Origin: an uncultured Candidatus Saccharibacteria bacterium
Lineage (GTDB): Bacteria > Patescibacteriota > WWE3 > UBA101185 > UBA10185
Assembly (NCBI GenBank): GCA_964427965.1
Contig: CAYRWK010000002.1
Location: 1-38,107 of the forward strand
Direction: 5' to 3'
Length of the DNA: 38,107 bases
Positions 8,140-17,972 of the stretch are shown piece after piece; the stretch's first letter is position 1; every line of letters starts with the position of its first letter. The translations under genes were made by a program, and so were the position numbers. The notes beneath the pieces were generated by a model. The model was given only the letters and a program-made list of their open reading frames with translations. It made no database searches and had not been told where the DNA came from.

Positions 8140-8769
8140 ATGGATAAAAAAGCATATATCGAGCAAATAGAAAAGAATGTGAAAAATTGCCAAAAGTGTA
8201 GGTTGTATAAGCTGGCAAAAAACGCTGTTCCTGGAGAGGGAAGTATTGATACAGAGCTGGTATTTGTTGGCGAGGCTCCGGGGGCTACTGAAGACGCTAC
8301 AGGCAGGCCTTTTGTAGGAAGAGCGGGGATGCTATTGGAGGCTTTGCTTAAAAAGATTGGTTATGAACGCAAAGATGTATGGATTGGGAATATTATTAAA
8401 CACCGTCCGCCTGAAAACCGAGACCCTTTGCCCGATGAGCTAGCCGCATGTGAGGGTTATTTGACTCTTCAATTAAAGACTATCAAACCAAAACTTGTGG
8501 TTACCCTGGGCCGTTTTTCTATGAATTATTTTTATGAAGAAGGAAAAATTACCAGAGATCATGGGCAGTTAATAAATGTTGGGGAGTATTTTGTTTATCC
8601 TGTGTATCACCCTGCCGCGGCGTTACGCAATCCAACCATGGCCAAAGTATTAACGGAGGACTTTATGAAAATTCCAAGTATACTTAATGATGTTAAGTTA
8701 AAATTAGTAAAAGGAGCAAACACCATGCCTGTTCCATCAAATGATGGTCAAACAGCTTTGGGTTTTTAG
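8140..8769 (+). CDS. Uracil-DNA glycosylase, family 4 type
   Basis: CQKCRLY near the N-terminus, GEAPGATEDATGRPFVGRAGMLL motif, and a C-terminal YHPAAALRNP motif. Confidence 0.85.
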   Translation: MDKKAYIEQIEKNVKNCQKCRLYKLAKNAVPGEGSIDTELVFVGEAPGATEDATGRPFVGRAGMLLEALLKKIGYERKDVWIGNIIKHRPPENRDPLPDELAACEGYLTLQLKTIKPKLVVTLGRFSMNYFYEEGKITRDHGQLINVGEYFVYPVYHPAAALRNPTMAKVLTEDFMKIPSILNDVKLKLVKGANTMPVPSNDGQTALGF

Positions 8770-8784
8770 ATAGAAAGTAAAATT

Positions 8785-10530
8785 ATGCAGTTTTTTAATG
8801 TAAAAAAAGAAAAGAAAGAGAAGAAAGATTTTGTGAATACAGTAAGTAATGAAAAAAGTGACAAACCTGTGTTAAAGCTTATTGCTGTCGGAGATGGGGT
8901 TACCAAAAACCTAACAGTTTATGAATATGGTAACGATATCATTGCTGTAGATTATGGTATTGGATTTCCCGGAACAGATGATATTGGGGTAGATTTCATT
9001 ATTCCCGACATGAGGTATTTGTTGGAAAATTCGCACAAAGTGCGAGGACTTATTATTACCCACGCTCATGCCGATCACTTTGGGGCGGTTCCGCATTTGT
9101 TAAAAGAACTAAACCTGCCTATTTATGCAAACAAGCTTACACAAGCATATATTCAAAACGAATTAGAGGAAAAACAGTTTAAAGGTATTAAGGACACTGT
9201 AAAATATCATTTGCTTGATGCTACAACCGGTGTTGCGGATCTTGGGGTGTTTAAAGTCTCGGCTTTTAACGTTAATCACTCTGTTCCGGGATCTTTGGGT
9301 ATTGTTATTGATACTCCCGAAGGCCGTATAATTCACATGGCAGATTATAAGATAGATCCTTCTCCAATTTTGGATCCCCCAATGAGTTTGGAACAATTAG
9401 CCGATATCAGCAAAAATGGAGTGTTGTGTTTGGCTTCCGATAGCTTGGGTTCGCGCAGTAAAGGCTCTATTCCTTCTGAAAAAACGCTAAATGATACCTT
9501 TCCTCAGTTATTTGCAAAATACCCAACTCAGCAACTGTTTATTACAACTATTTCTTCAAACATATCCCGTATGTATCAAATAACTGATGCCGCGATAAAA
9601 GCAGGAAGACGGGTTGTACCTATGGGAAGGTCCATTGATTCTTCGGTGAAAATCGCCAGGAGTTTAGGATATTTACCTTTTCCTGATAACGCTTTTGTTG
9701 ATTTAAAAAAATCTTTTGAATACACCCCCGACACATTGGTGTACTTAATAGCAGGTTGTTTTGGACAAAAGGGTTCGGCTTTGGATAGACTAAGTCGAGG
9801 AGAGCACAGAGATGTCATTATTGAAAAAGGTGCCATTGTAATATTTTCAGCTGAACCTAATCCTCCCGGTGTTGATATTGATGTAGAAGATGTTAGCTCA
9901 AATTTAGTGCTAAGCGGCGCTGAGGTAATTGATCACACTAATTTTGATAATTTGCATGTATCGGGTCACGGTCACCGAGACGACTTGTTTAAAATTGCTA
10001 TGACAGTAAAGCCCAAATACTATGTTCCAAACGGAGGTACACCAATTCAGATGCATGCCTACGCCAATATGATTTGTGAAAGTGGGGTTGAACGCGATAA
10101 AGTCTTTGAACTTCAAGCTGGTGAGGTAGTGGAGTTTAGCAATGGTTATGCTAAAAAAGGTAAAAAGATTGAGGTTCAGGATTTATATTTTGATGGTATT
10201 GGTGTTAGCCCGATTGTGATTGAGGATCGAAAGGTTTTATCTCAGGATGGTGTTTTTGTAATAATCGTGGCGCGTTCTCTTGATGAGAATGGGAGTACCG
10301 GTAGTTACGGAAAGATTGAAATTGTGACTCGTGGGTTTATTTACGTCAAAGAAGCTCGGGAGTTAGTCGGGCACGCAAAAACGCTAATTAACAATCTTCT
10401 GACAAAGAATTCTGAGAAAAGTGATGATTGGGGGTCGCTAAAATTTAAGATTGAAAAAGAAGTGAGCAGATTTTTGTTTAAAGAAACAGGCAGAAAACCA
10501 ATGGTTATTGTACATTCGATAAATGTCTAA
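8785..10530 (+). CDS. rnj: Ribonuclease J (metallo-beta-lactamase/beta-CASP RNase)
   Basis: HAHADH motif (ITHAHADHFGAVPHLL), length of 581 aa, beta-CASP region and the HVSGHG motif. Confidence 0.9.
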   Translation: MQFFNVKKEKKEKKDFVNTVSNEKSDKPVLKLIAVGDGVTKNLTVYEYGNDIIAVDYGIGFPGTDDIGVDFIIPDMRYLLENSHKVRGLIITHAHADHFGAVPHLLKELNLPIYANKLTQAYIQNELEEKQFKGIKDTVKYHLLDATTGVADLGVFKVSAFNVNHSVPGSLGIVIDTPEGRIIHMADYKIDPSPILDPPMSLEQLADISKNGVLCLASDSLGSRSKGSIPSEKTLNDTFPQLFAKYPTQQLFITTISSNISRMYQITDAAIKAGRRVVPMGRSIDSSVKIARSLGYLPFPDNAFVDLKKSFEYTPDTLVYLIAGCFGQKGSALDRLSRGEHRDVIIEKGAIVIFSAEPNPPGVDIDVEDVSSNLVLSGAEVIDHTNFDNLHVSGHGHRDDLFKIAMTVKPKYYVPNGGTPIQMHAYANMICESGVERDKVFELQAGEVVEFSNGYAKKGKKIEVQDLYFDGIGVSPIVIEDRKVLSQDGVFVIIVARSLDENGSTGSYGKIEIVTRGFIYVKEARELVGHAKTLINNLLTKNSEKSDDWGSLKFKIEKEVSRFLFKETGRKPMVIVHSINV

Positions 10531-10551
10531 AACTTTGATATTATAACCACA

Positions 10552-12759
10552 ATGCCTCGCGGACGAAAAAAGAAATTTAAATTAAATCGGATTATTAAAC
10601 CGGGAACTGTAAAGTCCTTTACTGTTGTAGCTTTGTTTTTATTATCCGGCCTAAGCCTCATTTCCTTTTTTGCTGACACTTATGAGATAAATCGTCAAAT
10701 TCAGGATTTTCTAAAAGGGTCTTTTGGATTTGCATCAATTTTAATTCCTTTTATCTTTTTACTTTTGGCACTTTTGCTTATTAAACCTCTAAAATTTAAA
10801 TATAAAAGTCCACGAGTACTAATTGGGTTAATTGGATTGTTATTGGTTTTTTCGGCATTATCTAGGGGTGGGGACTTTGGGGAGGGCTTGTGGGGATTTT
10901 TACGCGATTCTGTTAGTAAGTACGGTGCGGTTATAATTTTGGTGGCTGGGCTTGCGATTTCGGTTATACTTATTATTGACGTTTCACTAGACCAAATGTC
11001 CGAATGGTTCGTAAAAGCGTTAGGAGCTGTAAAAGGTATGAAACTTCCTAAAAAAACAAAGTCAGACGATAAAATTACAGTTACTACAGGCATGTCTTCT
11101 AAAAATGATTCTGAGGATGAGGAGAAGAGCGTTGCTGTTCCTGAATTTTCATCGGCTCAAAACGAACCTCCTGAGCCTTCTATCGAGATAATCCCATCAA
11201 TGTCTGAGCCCCAGTTTGAGGGTGTTGCTGAGGGAGCAAGAAGAAAAAGTACCGGAGATGTTAGCTCGCTTGTTCCTAATTTGCCTTACAGTGACAAGGT
11301 TTGGGAGAACCCTCCTCTTGATTTGTTAACCGATGCGCAGGATTTGCCGGTAGATCGAGGTAACGTTAACGAGAGAGCAAAAATCATTAAATCTACACTC
11401 AAATCCTTTGGGATTGATGTTGAGGTGGCGGATATTAAGTATGGCCCATCAGTTACTCAGTATGCCTTGGAGACTGCTACAGGAACAAAAATTTCTAAGA
11501 TTGTGGCGTTGCAATATGATTTAGCTTTGGCTATGTCTTCTCCAACAGGTTCTGTAAGAATTGAAGCCCCTATTCCCGGTAAAAATTTGATTGGGGTTGA
11601 AGTTCCCAATAATACTCGTGTTCCTGTACACTTTAAATCTTTGTTAACCTCTGATCCTATGAAGGCTCTAAAATCAAAACTTGGTATTGTTATGGGTAAA
11701 GATGTTGCGGGGCAAACAGTGGTTTATGATATCGGCAAGATGCCACACCTACTAGTAGCAGGTGCGACCGGTTCAGGTAAATCTGTCTTTTTGCATTCTC
11801 TAATTTTTTCTTTGATATATAGGGCTAGCCCCCAAGAGGTAAAGTTAATTTTAATAGACCCAAAGAGAACAGAGCTTGTACACTACAACGATATTCCACA
11901 TTTGCTGACTCCTGTTATAACTGATGTGGAAAAGGCTCCTTCCGCGTTTAAATGGGCTGTAGCAGAGATGGAAAGACGCTATAAACTGTTTGAAAGCGCA
12001 AAGGCTAGAAATATTGAAGCTTATAACGAGAAATCGGGGTTTCAAGCTTTGCCTTATATTGTGTTGGTTGTAGATGAGCTTGCGGAAATTATGATTGTTG
12101 ATCCCGCGGCTATAGAAAAGAGCATTATTCGTGTTGCCCAGCTTGCTAGAGCTACCGGTATTCATTTGGTATTATCGGTTCAAAGACCTTCTACAAATAT
12201 TATTACGGGGTTAATTAAGGCTAATATTCCGTCTCGTGTGGCGTTTAATGTGGCAAGTCAGATTGATTCTCGCGTCATTATTGACCAGCCCGGCGCAGAA
12301 AAGTTATTGGGTAAGGGTGATATGCTTTTTGTTCCTCCCGATGCTCCAAAACCCACTAGACTTCAGGGAGCTGTTGTGACGGATAAAGAGATCGCTCAGG
12401 TGGTGTCTTATCTTAAAGAACAAGGTGTAGCTCCTGAATATAAAACTGAAATATTTGAGATGGCTGATCGTGTTGAGAGAAGTGAAAAGAGTGTTTCTGC
12501 GGGAGGGGATTCGGTGGATGAGCTGTTTGATGAAGCTACAGAGATTGTGACTTCTACCGGCAAGGCTTCCGCCTCTTTACTACAAAGAAGGTTATCCATT
12601 GGTTATGCAAGAGCAGCTAGAATTTTGGATGAGTTGGAAGAAAAAGGTATTATTAGCCAAGCTAATGGTAGTAAGCCTAGGGATATTTTGAAAAAACGTG
12701 ATAATCCGTATCCTGATGTGATTGAAGACGCCGATTTAAACCCCATTCAGGAATATTAA
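10552..12759 (+). CDS. ftsK: DNA translocase FtsK/SpoIIIE
   Basis: N-terminal TM helices and an acidic linker. The motor domain has Walker A GATGSGKSV and Walker B VVDELAE. C-terminal gamma winged helix (LLQRRLSIGYARAARILDELEEKGII). Confidence 0.92.
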   Translation: MPRGRKKKFKLNRIIKPGTVKSFTVVALFLLSGLSLISFFADTYEINRQIQDFLKGSFGFASILIPFIFLLLALLLIKPLKFKYKSPRVLIGLIGLLLVFSALSRGGDFGEGLWGFLRDSVSKYGAVIILVAGLAISVILIIDVSLDQMSEWFVKALGAVKGMKLPKKTKSDDKITVTTGMSSKNDSEDEEKSVAVPEFSSAQNEPPEPSIEIIPSMSEPQFEGVAEGARRKSTGDVSSLVPNLPYSDKVWENPPLDLLTDAQDLPVDRGNVNERAKIIKSTLKSFGIDVEVADIKYGPSVTQYALETATGTKISKIVALQYDLALAMSSPTGSVRIEAPIPGKNLIGVEVPNNTRVPVHFKSLLTSDPMKALKSKLGIVMGKDVAGQTVVYDIGKMPHLLVAGATGSGKSVFLHSLIFSLIYRASPQEVKLILIDPKRTELVHYNDIPHLLTPVITDVEKAPSAFKWAVAEMERRYKLFESAKARNIEAYNEKSGFQALPYIVLVVDELAEIMIVDPAAIEKSIIRVAQLARATGIHLVLSVQRPSTNIITGLIKANIPSRVAFNVASQIDSRVIIDQPGAEKLLGKGDMLFVPPDAPKPTRLQGAVVTDKEIAQVVSYLKEQGVAPEYKTEIFEMADRVERSEKSVSAGGDSVDELFDEATEIVTSTGKASASLLQRRLSIGYARAARILDELEEKGIISQANGSKPRDILKKRDNPYPDVIEDADLNPIQEY

Positions 12760-12793
12760 GTCAAAATATATAACTTGGTGCTAGAATGCTATC

Positions 12794-13507
12794 ATGCAAA
12801 GGTCGGTTGGGCAGTTGTTAAAATCAGCCCGAGAAGAAAAAAAATATACTCTTCAGGATGTCCATAAGTTTATAAGAATACATCCCAAGTATTTAAAGGC
12901 TTTGGAAGAAGATGACTATGAGGTTTTTGAGGGTAAAATCCACGCTAAAGGTTTTTTAAAAGTTTATTCCGAGTTTTTGAACGTTAATATCAACGAAATT
13001 ATGGCGTTGTGGCGAAGAGAATACGAGCCAAGGTTTGAAGGAGAGAAGAAACAAGCTCGATTTTTTAAGCTTGAACCTGTAGAAAAGGCTAAGCTTGTAG
13101 TAACTACTCCGTTTATCCTTAGTGTAATTTTTGGGGTCTTTGTATTAGTGTTTTTTGGTTATTTGTATTATCAGTATCATAGTTATACAGGAAATCCCAG
13201 GCTTGAGATCTTTAGTCCCCAGAATAATCAAATGATGGATTCTGATATTGTGGATGTGCTTGGAAATACAGATTTGGACTGTGATGTTTTTATTAACAAT
13301 CAAAAGGTAGTACTCAATCCAAATGGGGATTTTGGTGTCACTATAAGGTTAAAGGAAGGTATAAATACTTTGAGTATTGTGGCAGTAAACAAGCTTGAGA
13401 AAAAAACAGATGAGATAAGGACGGTGATTTACAGATCCCAAAAGCTTGAAATGGGTAGAACGAAGGAGTCCTCAGAATCATCCAGCTCAACACCTTCAAA
13501 ACCCTAA
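12794..13507 (+). CDS. RodZ-like HTH membrane protein
   Basis: N-terminal HTH (GQLLKSAREEKKYTLQDVHKFIRIHPKYLKALEEDDYEVF), a single TM helix (ILSVIFGVFVLVFFGYLYY) and an extracytoplasmic beta-rich domain. Confidence 0.65.
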   Translation: MQRSVGQLLKSAREEKKYTLQDVHKFIRIHPKYLKALEEDDYEVFEGKIHAKGFLKVYSEFLNVNINEIMALWRREYEPRFEGEKKQARFFKLEPVEKAKLVVTTPFILSVIFGVFVLVFFGYLYYQYHSYTGNPRLEIFSPQNNQMMDSDIVDVLGNTDLDCDVFINNQKVVLNPNGDFGVTIRLKEGINTLSIVAVNKLEKKTDEIRTVIYRSQKLEMGRTKESSESSSSTPSKP

Positions 13508-13522
13508 AAAATGTGATATCCT

Positions 13523-13693
13523 ATGCACATGCAAAACGATAAACAAAAAGAAAGTAAATACGCTCTACCAATGAAAGAAATAAAAAAAGATTTGGTTAAA
13601 ACTTTAATATTTGCAGTATTTTGTGTTGCGGTGTTACTTACTCTGCATTTTACAGGTGTGACGTTTGAAAGTATTACGGGGTTATTTAAGTAG
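13523..13693 (+). CDS. Possible small single-pass membrane protein (56 aa), below the ORF-track length cutoff
   Basis: Hand translation gives MHMQNDKQKESKYALPMKEIKKDLVKTLIFAVFCVAVLLTLHFTGVTFESITGLFK*. It fills the gap between the RodZ-like gene and convergent prfB. One clear hydrophobic helix. An internal ATG at 13571 is an alternative start. Confidence 0.3.
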   Translation: MHMQNDKQKESKYALPMKEIKKDLVKTLIFAVFCVAVLLTLHFTGVTFESITGLFK

Positions 13694-13694
13694 C

Positions 13695-14699
13695 TTACAG
13701 TCTAATTTCCGCGTCAATCAGCTCATCTAACTCCCCGTTTAAAACTGCTTCAGGTTGTGTACTTTCGTAATCCGTGCGCAAATCTTTGACCAATTTATAT
13801 GGGTGAAGTACGTAGTTTCTAATTTGGTTGCCCCATCCCGGTGCTTTGTAAGTACCTTTTAATTTTCTTTTTTCATCTTCTAGTTTTTGAAGTTCTAACG
13901 CGTACAATTTTGATTTTAGTACCTGCATAGCTTTTTCTCGGTTTTTAAGCTGAAATCTTTCGGTTTGGTTTTCTACAACAATACCTGTAGGTTTATGCTT
14001 TATTCTTACGGCAGTCGACACCTTATTTACGTTTTGTCCCCCATGACCTCCGGATCTAAAAGCTTCAAATTCGATATCTTCATCTTTTATCTCAATGTTT
14101 ACTGTTTCGTCTACCTCCGGAATTACTTCAACCAAAGCAAAAGATGTTTGGCGTAAATCATTAGCGTTAAAGGGGGATTGCCTTACAAGTCTGTGTACTC
14201 CTGCTTCATTTTTTAAAAAACCATACGCATAATAACCCTCTACTTCAATTGTGATAGTTTTTAACCCCGCTTCTTCTCCCGGCGTCTTGCTTATTTCATA
14301 AGTTTTCCAGCCTTTACGTTCTGCATACATTACATACATACGCAGTAACATTTGAGTCCAGTCCATAGCCTCTGTGCCGCCCTGTCCTGCATGAATAGAC
14401 ACCAAGGCGTTACTTTTATCATGAGGGCCTCCCAAAAAGGTTTTTTGTTCCAGTTTTTTTAATTCTTTTTCAAAATCAGTTTTATCTGCTTCCTCTGCCA
14501 AAATCTCAAGCATATCGTAATCTTCTAAGTCTTTTTGAAGTCCTGCTAAATCCTGTGAAACCTTTTGTCCTTCCTCCCAATTTTTCCACGTGTTTTCATC
14601 CGCTAGTCTTTCTTTTAGCTCAGCAGATTTCTGCCTTTTGTCATCAATAAATAATGAGCTTTTAAGTTTTTCTAATCTTTGAAGTAATTCTTCTTCCAT
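13695..14699 (-). CDS. prfB: Peptide chain release factor 2, uninterrupted with no programmed frameshift
   Basis: SPF tripeptide (RQSPFNAN), GGQ motif ([12 protein letters not shown]) and an RF2-like N-terminus. The position of the usual CUU-UGA frameshift site reads TCA TTA TTT ATT GAT. Confidence 0.93.
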   Translation of the reverse strand: MEEELLQRLEKLKSSLFIDDKRQKSAELKERLADENTWKNWEEGQKVSQDLAGLQKDLEDYDMLEILAEEADKTDFEKELKKLEQKTFLGGPHDKSNALVSIHAGQGGTEAMDWTQMLLRMYVMYAERKGWKTYEISKTPGEEAGLKTITIEVEGYYAYGFLKNEAGVHRLVRQSPFNANDLRQTSFALVEVIPEVDETVNIEIKDEDIEFEAFRSGGHGGQNVNKVSTAVRIKHKPTGIVVENQTERFQLKNREKAMQVLKSKLYALELQKLEDEKRKLKGTYKAPGWGNQIRNYVLHPYKLVKDLRTDYESTQPEAVLNGELDELIDAEIRL

Positions 14700-14714
14700 A
14701 GGGTGTTATTATAC

Positions 14715-17288
14715 CTAATTTTGTGCTTCAGCAAAGACCTCCAAGCCTAATTCTATCTCATCTCCCTGCTTAATCTCGTTTGCTAAAAGCTTTGTAGCAA
14801 GATACGTTTCAACAGAGTTTTCAATAACTCTCGCAAGCGGTCTTGCTCCCCATTCCGGATTATAGCCTTTGTTTACAAGCTCGTTTATTAGTTCGGGTTT
14901 AAACGTTACTTTTATACCTTTTGCCTCGGCCATCTTTCTTACACTGTTTAGCATTAAATCAGCAATCTTTGTTGCAGAAGGAATATCCAGCGGTTTAAAT
15001 ACGATTATGCCGTTAAACCTGTTTAAAAACTCAGGTGCAAACTTTTCTCTCACTTCTTTCATGGCGGTATCTTGCATTTCTTTAAACTGCCCGTTCCTTT
15101 GAGATATTTCCTGAATAGCTCTTGTTCCCACATTACTTGTGGCAATAATTATTGTATTAGTAAAATCAATTACTCTTCCGGTCGAATCCGTTAGTCTTCC
15201 GTCATCCAATACCTGTAGGAAAGTTAATAAAATATTGGAGTTAGCTTTTTCTATTTCATCAAGCAAAAGTAGTGCAAATGGTTTTGTGCGAACAGCTTCA
15301 GTCAAAATACCTTTTGTTTTAGCATCGGGAGATCCAATAAGCCTGTCTATGCTGTCAGCCTGCTGGTATTCAGACATATCCAGCCTAATCATGGTTTTTT
15401 CATCACCAAAATATTCTCTAGCTAAGGCTTTTGCGGTTTCAGTTTTTCCAACACCCGTTGTTCCAACAAACAAAAAGCTGGCAATTGGTTTGTTTTCATT
15501 TCTAATCCCAACTCGCGCTCTTTTTAGCGCGGCTCCAACTTGCACAAGGGCTTCATCTTGGCCAATGACCCGTTTTTTTAGAGCTTGCTCAATGTTTAGT
15601 AATTTTGTTGATTCCTCTTCAGATAACGCGGATACCGGTACATGTGTTAAAGACGATATTTCTACCGAAACTTCTTCTACAGTTAGATATTTGGTAGAAT
15701 GTGCAACTCTTGTTGCTGTTCTGTTAATTACATCAATAGCTTTATCCGGTAGTACTCTTTCGTGTATTAGTTTTTCAGAAAGTTCCACAACTTTCTGGAG
15801 GGCGGGATATGTGATAGTTATTCCGTAATCCAGCTCAAAGTATTTGGCAGTAAACTTTAAAATTTCTAAGGTGTCGTCTTTTGAGGCTTGAGGTAACTCC
15901 ATAATCTCAAACATTCTGGCAAAAGAGCCGTTGGGTTCTATATGTTTACGATAATTTTCTATATTTGTAGCGCCAATAAACTGGACTTTTGTGCCTTCTA
16001 AATGCGGCTGGAGTAGAGAAAAGATATTTGATCCATCCCCATTTTCATCATTACTACCTGCTATTAAGGTGTGAATTTCGTCAATAAAAAGTACTATATC
16101 TCCTGATTTTTCTACCTCCTCCATGATTTTATTAATCTTGTCGGCAATTTCGCCCGGGCTTTTTGCGCCTGCTATTAATCCACCTGTTTCCAGTCTTACG
16201 ATTCGTTTATACTTTAAATCCCCAAAATCAATGCCTCTTACGATATTAAAGGCCAGACCTTTAACAATTGAGGTTTTACCGCTTCCCGGTTCGCCAATTA
16301 TTAATACGTTTTTATTTGTACCACTAAGTATTTCAGCTAGTCTTGCAATTTCGGCTTTACGCCCAACAATATCTTTGATCCATCCCTTTTGAGCTTTTTT
16401 AGTGAAGTCTTCTGATACTGAATCTAAAAGGGGAGTAACCCTTCCGGTCATGCCTTTGCCAATTCCTCCCATTATAGAAAGGGTATAGTCATCCTGCCAA
16501 AAAAATAGTTTACTTAACTTTTCCCTCTCGTCTACTATCCATTTTACGGTTTGACTAACCGTTGCTATGTTTGATTTATAGGTTGAAAGGAGAGTATCGA
16601 TTTTGGAAATATTTGAAAGTATGGCAAGAAAAAGATCTTCCATTTCCAAGTATCTGGTTTTGTGTTCCAAAGCATTTTTATAAGATGCGGCAAGTATTTG
16701 ATCTTTGTTAAAGTCGGGAGAGTGGGTGAGTTTTTCTATTAGCTCCCAGGGAAGTTCGGTTTTTCTTAACACATATAAAATCTGTGGGTCGTATTTTAGG
16801 TTTGTTAAGGCAGACAAACCTTTTTTCCTAAAATTGTTATAAAAAGCAAGCGTTCTTGGTCTCATTGCTTTTGTAGCAGTATTTTCATTGACTTTAGTAA
16901 GTCTTTTTTCAGGAGTGTTTCTGGATAAAACCGTTTTTACAATAAATACCAAAAATATTATTGGTAAAATCCATAGCTTTATATATATGTATCCTGCAAG
17001 GGGTATGGCGAACCAAATGATAGGTGTAAAAAAGGTAAGAAGCCATAAGATTAAGATCGCTAGTCCTCCAAATACAATTTCAAACAATCTAAAGAAAAAG
17101 CTTATAACTCGACCCGCTCTTGTATAGTCGCCAAAAACGGGGGTAAATAATAGTTTAAAATTTAGACTTAAAGAAAGTTCGTTGTTTAGTAGTGAAACCG
17201 CCCTTTGTGATACTACAAACATTTTCTTTGGGGAAAGATATAGAAACCACTTAATAAAATCGATTACGTATCTGAGCAGGATCGGCAT
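14715..17288 (-). CDS. Atypical two-ring Clp/Hsp100-family AAA+ ATPase with an N-terminal transmembrane region
   Basis: D1 has GEPGSGKTS and VLFIDEIH; D2 has GTTGVGKTE and LLLLDEIEK. LPDKAIDV and GARPL signatures are present. The first 125 or so residues are strongly hydrophobic. Pore-loop deviations are described in the findings. Confidence 0.85.
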   Translation of the reverse strand: MPILLRYVIDFIKWFLYLSPKKMFVVSQRAVSLLNNELSLSLNFKLLFTPVFGDYTRAGRVISFFFRLFEIVFGGLAILILWLLTFFTPIIWFAIPLAGYIYIKLWILPIIFLVFIVKTVLSRNTPEKRLTKVNENTATKAMRPRTLAFYNNFRKKGLSALTNLKYDPQILYVLRKTELPWELIEKLTHSPDFNKDQILAASYKNALEHKTRYLEMEDLFLAILSNISKIDTLLSTYKSNIATVSQTVKWIVDEREKLSKLFFWQDDYTLSIMGGIGKGMTGRVTPLLDSVSEDFTKKAQKGWIKDIVGRKAEIARLAEILSGTNKNVLIIGEPGSGKTSIVKGLAFNIVRGIDFGDLKYKRIVRLETGGLIAGAKSPGEIADKINKIMEEVEKSGDIVLFIDEIHTLIAGSNDENGDGSNIFSLLQPHLEGTKVQFIGATNIENYRKHIEPNGSFARMFEIMELPQASKDDTLEILKFTAKYFELDYGITITYPALQKVVELSEKLIHERVLPDKAIDVINRTATRVAHSTKYLTVEEVSVEISSLTHVPVSALSEEESTKLLNIEQALKKRVIGQDEALVQVGAALKRARVGIRNENKPIASFLFVGTTGVGKTETAKALAREYFGDEKTMIRLDMSEYQQADSIDRLIGSPDAKTKGILTEAVRTKPFALLLLDEIEKANSNILLTFLQVLDDGRLTDSTGRVIDFTNTIIIATSNVGTRAIQEISQRNGQFKEMQDTAMKEVREKFAPEFLNRFNGIIVFKPLDIPSATKIADLMLNSVRKMAEAKGIKVTFKPELINELVNKGYNPEWGARPLARVIENSVETYLATKLLANEIKQGDEIELGLEVFAEAQN

Positions 17289-17343
17289 GCACTAAGGATA
17301 GCGAAAAAAACGCTTTGATACAACACAAACCCCAATAAACCTT

Positions 17344-17376
17344 AAAAACCCGCCAAGGGTTGATTTACTTGGCGGG
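17344..17376 (-). terminator. Rho-independent terminator downstream of the TasA-like gene
   Basis: The minus-strand RNA reads CCCGCCAAG-uaaaucaacc-CUUGGCGGG-UUUUU. This is a perfect 9-bp GC-rich stem with a 10-nt loop and a U5 tract. It starts 9 nt after the stop codon at 17385. Confidence 0.75.
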
Positions 17377-17384
17377 TGTGACGG

Positions 17385-17972
17385 TTACTGCCCTATTGCG
17401 TTAAATTCAAAATCGAAGATACCGCTCTTGCCTTGCTTACTGTCCGGAAAGCTTGCCAAAGTGTAAAACCTTAATACATAGCTTTTTAACTCGCCTGTGC
17501 CTATTGTTCCAAGGTCGATGCCTTCAGTCTTCCACTTAGTAATTGTCTTGTTGCCTTTTGATGCTCCTATTTCACTTTCTTGGATGATCCCATCAGAATT
17601 TGCGTCTGTCCAAACAAAAATCTCTACATATATTATTGATCTCAATTCATCGGGATCATTAGCTGTTGCATAATTGGCGTTAGAAAAAATCCCAAGTGGG
17701 GAGCTGGCGTTGTTATACAATTTTAACCCATAATCTTGGTGCCAATTGGGGTTAATGTTACTAAAAGTGGGACCAGGTTTTTCGTCTACTAAGTTTGAGA
17801 GTTCAATGCCAAGAGCGGGATTGTTTAGTATCTTTAGATCCCCACTACCTACGTTAAAGGTTGATCCTGCTAACGTACCCTTGTCGGTGAATGCTGCGTA
17901 TGTCACTCCCAGTAAGGGTAAAAAGACTAAAAGTCCGCACGCTACGGCAAGTAAAACGTGTTTCTTTTTCAT
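17385..17972 (-). CDS. Secreted TasA/camelysin-family (SipW-type signal peptide class) protein with an EF-hand-like loop
   Basis: The signal peptide MKKKHVLLAVACGLLVFLPLLGVTYAAFTD carries the characteristic A-x-F-[TSN]-D motif (TasA has WAAFND). DANSDGIIQESE matches the DxNxDGxIxxxE pattern. A perfect SD (AAGGAGGTGAT) ends 3 nt upstream of the ATG. Confidence 0.7.
   Translation of the reverse strand: MKKKHVLLAVACGLLVFLPLLGVTYAAFTDKGTLAGSTFNVGSGDLKILNNPALGIELSNLVDEKPGPTFSNINPNWHQDYGLKLYNNASSPLGIFSNANYATANDPDELRSIIYVEIFVWTDANSDGIIQESEIGASKGNKTITKWKTEGIDLGTIGTGELKSYVLRFYTLASFPDSKQGKSGIFDFEFNAIGQ

Noticed and set aside
10701-11093. 130-aa minus-strand ORF inside ftsK, with similar antisense ORFs at 11851-12165 and 6744-7142
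   Set aside because: Shadow ORFs inside strongly supported genes, with no recognisable domains.
13695-14699. Programmed +1 frameshift site in prfB
   Set aside because: The N-terminus aligns through the usual site (..[11 protein letters not shown]..) in a single frame. The nucleotides read TCA TTA TTT ATT GAT with no in-frame UGA. This RF2 is simply the non-frameshifted type found in a minority of bacteria.
15139-15828. 229-aa plus-strand ORF, with further plus-strand ORFs at 14869-15102, 16123-16392 and 16888-17127
   Set aside because: All lie entirely antisense to the well-supported Clp-like ATPase gene. They are Ser/Leu/Phe-rich low-complexity translations with no motifs, which is typical of shadow ORFs.
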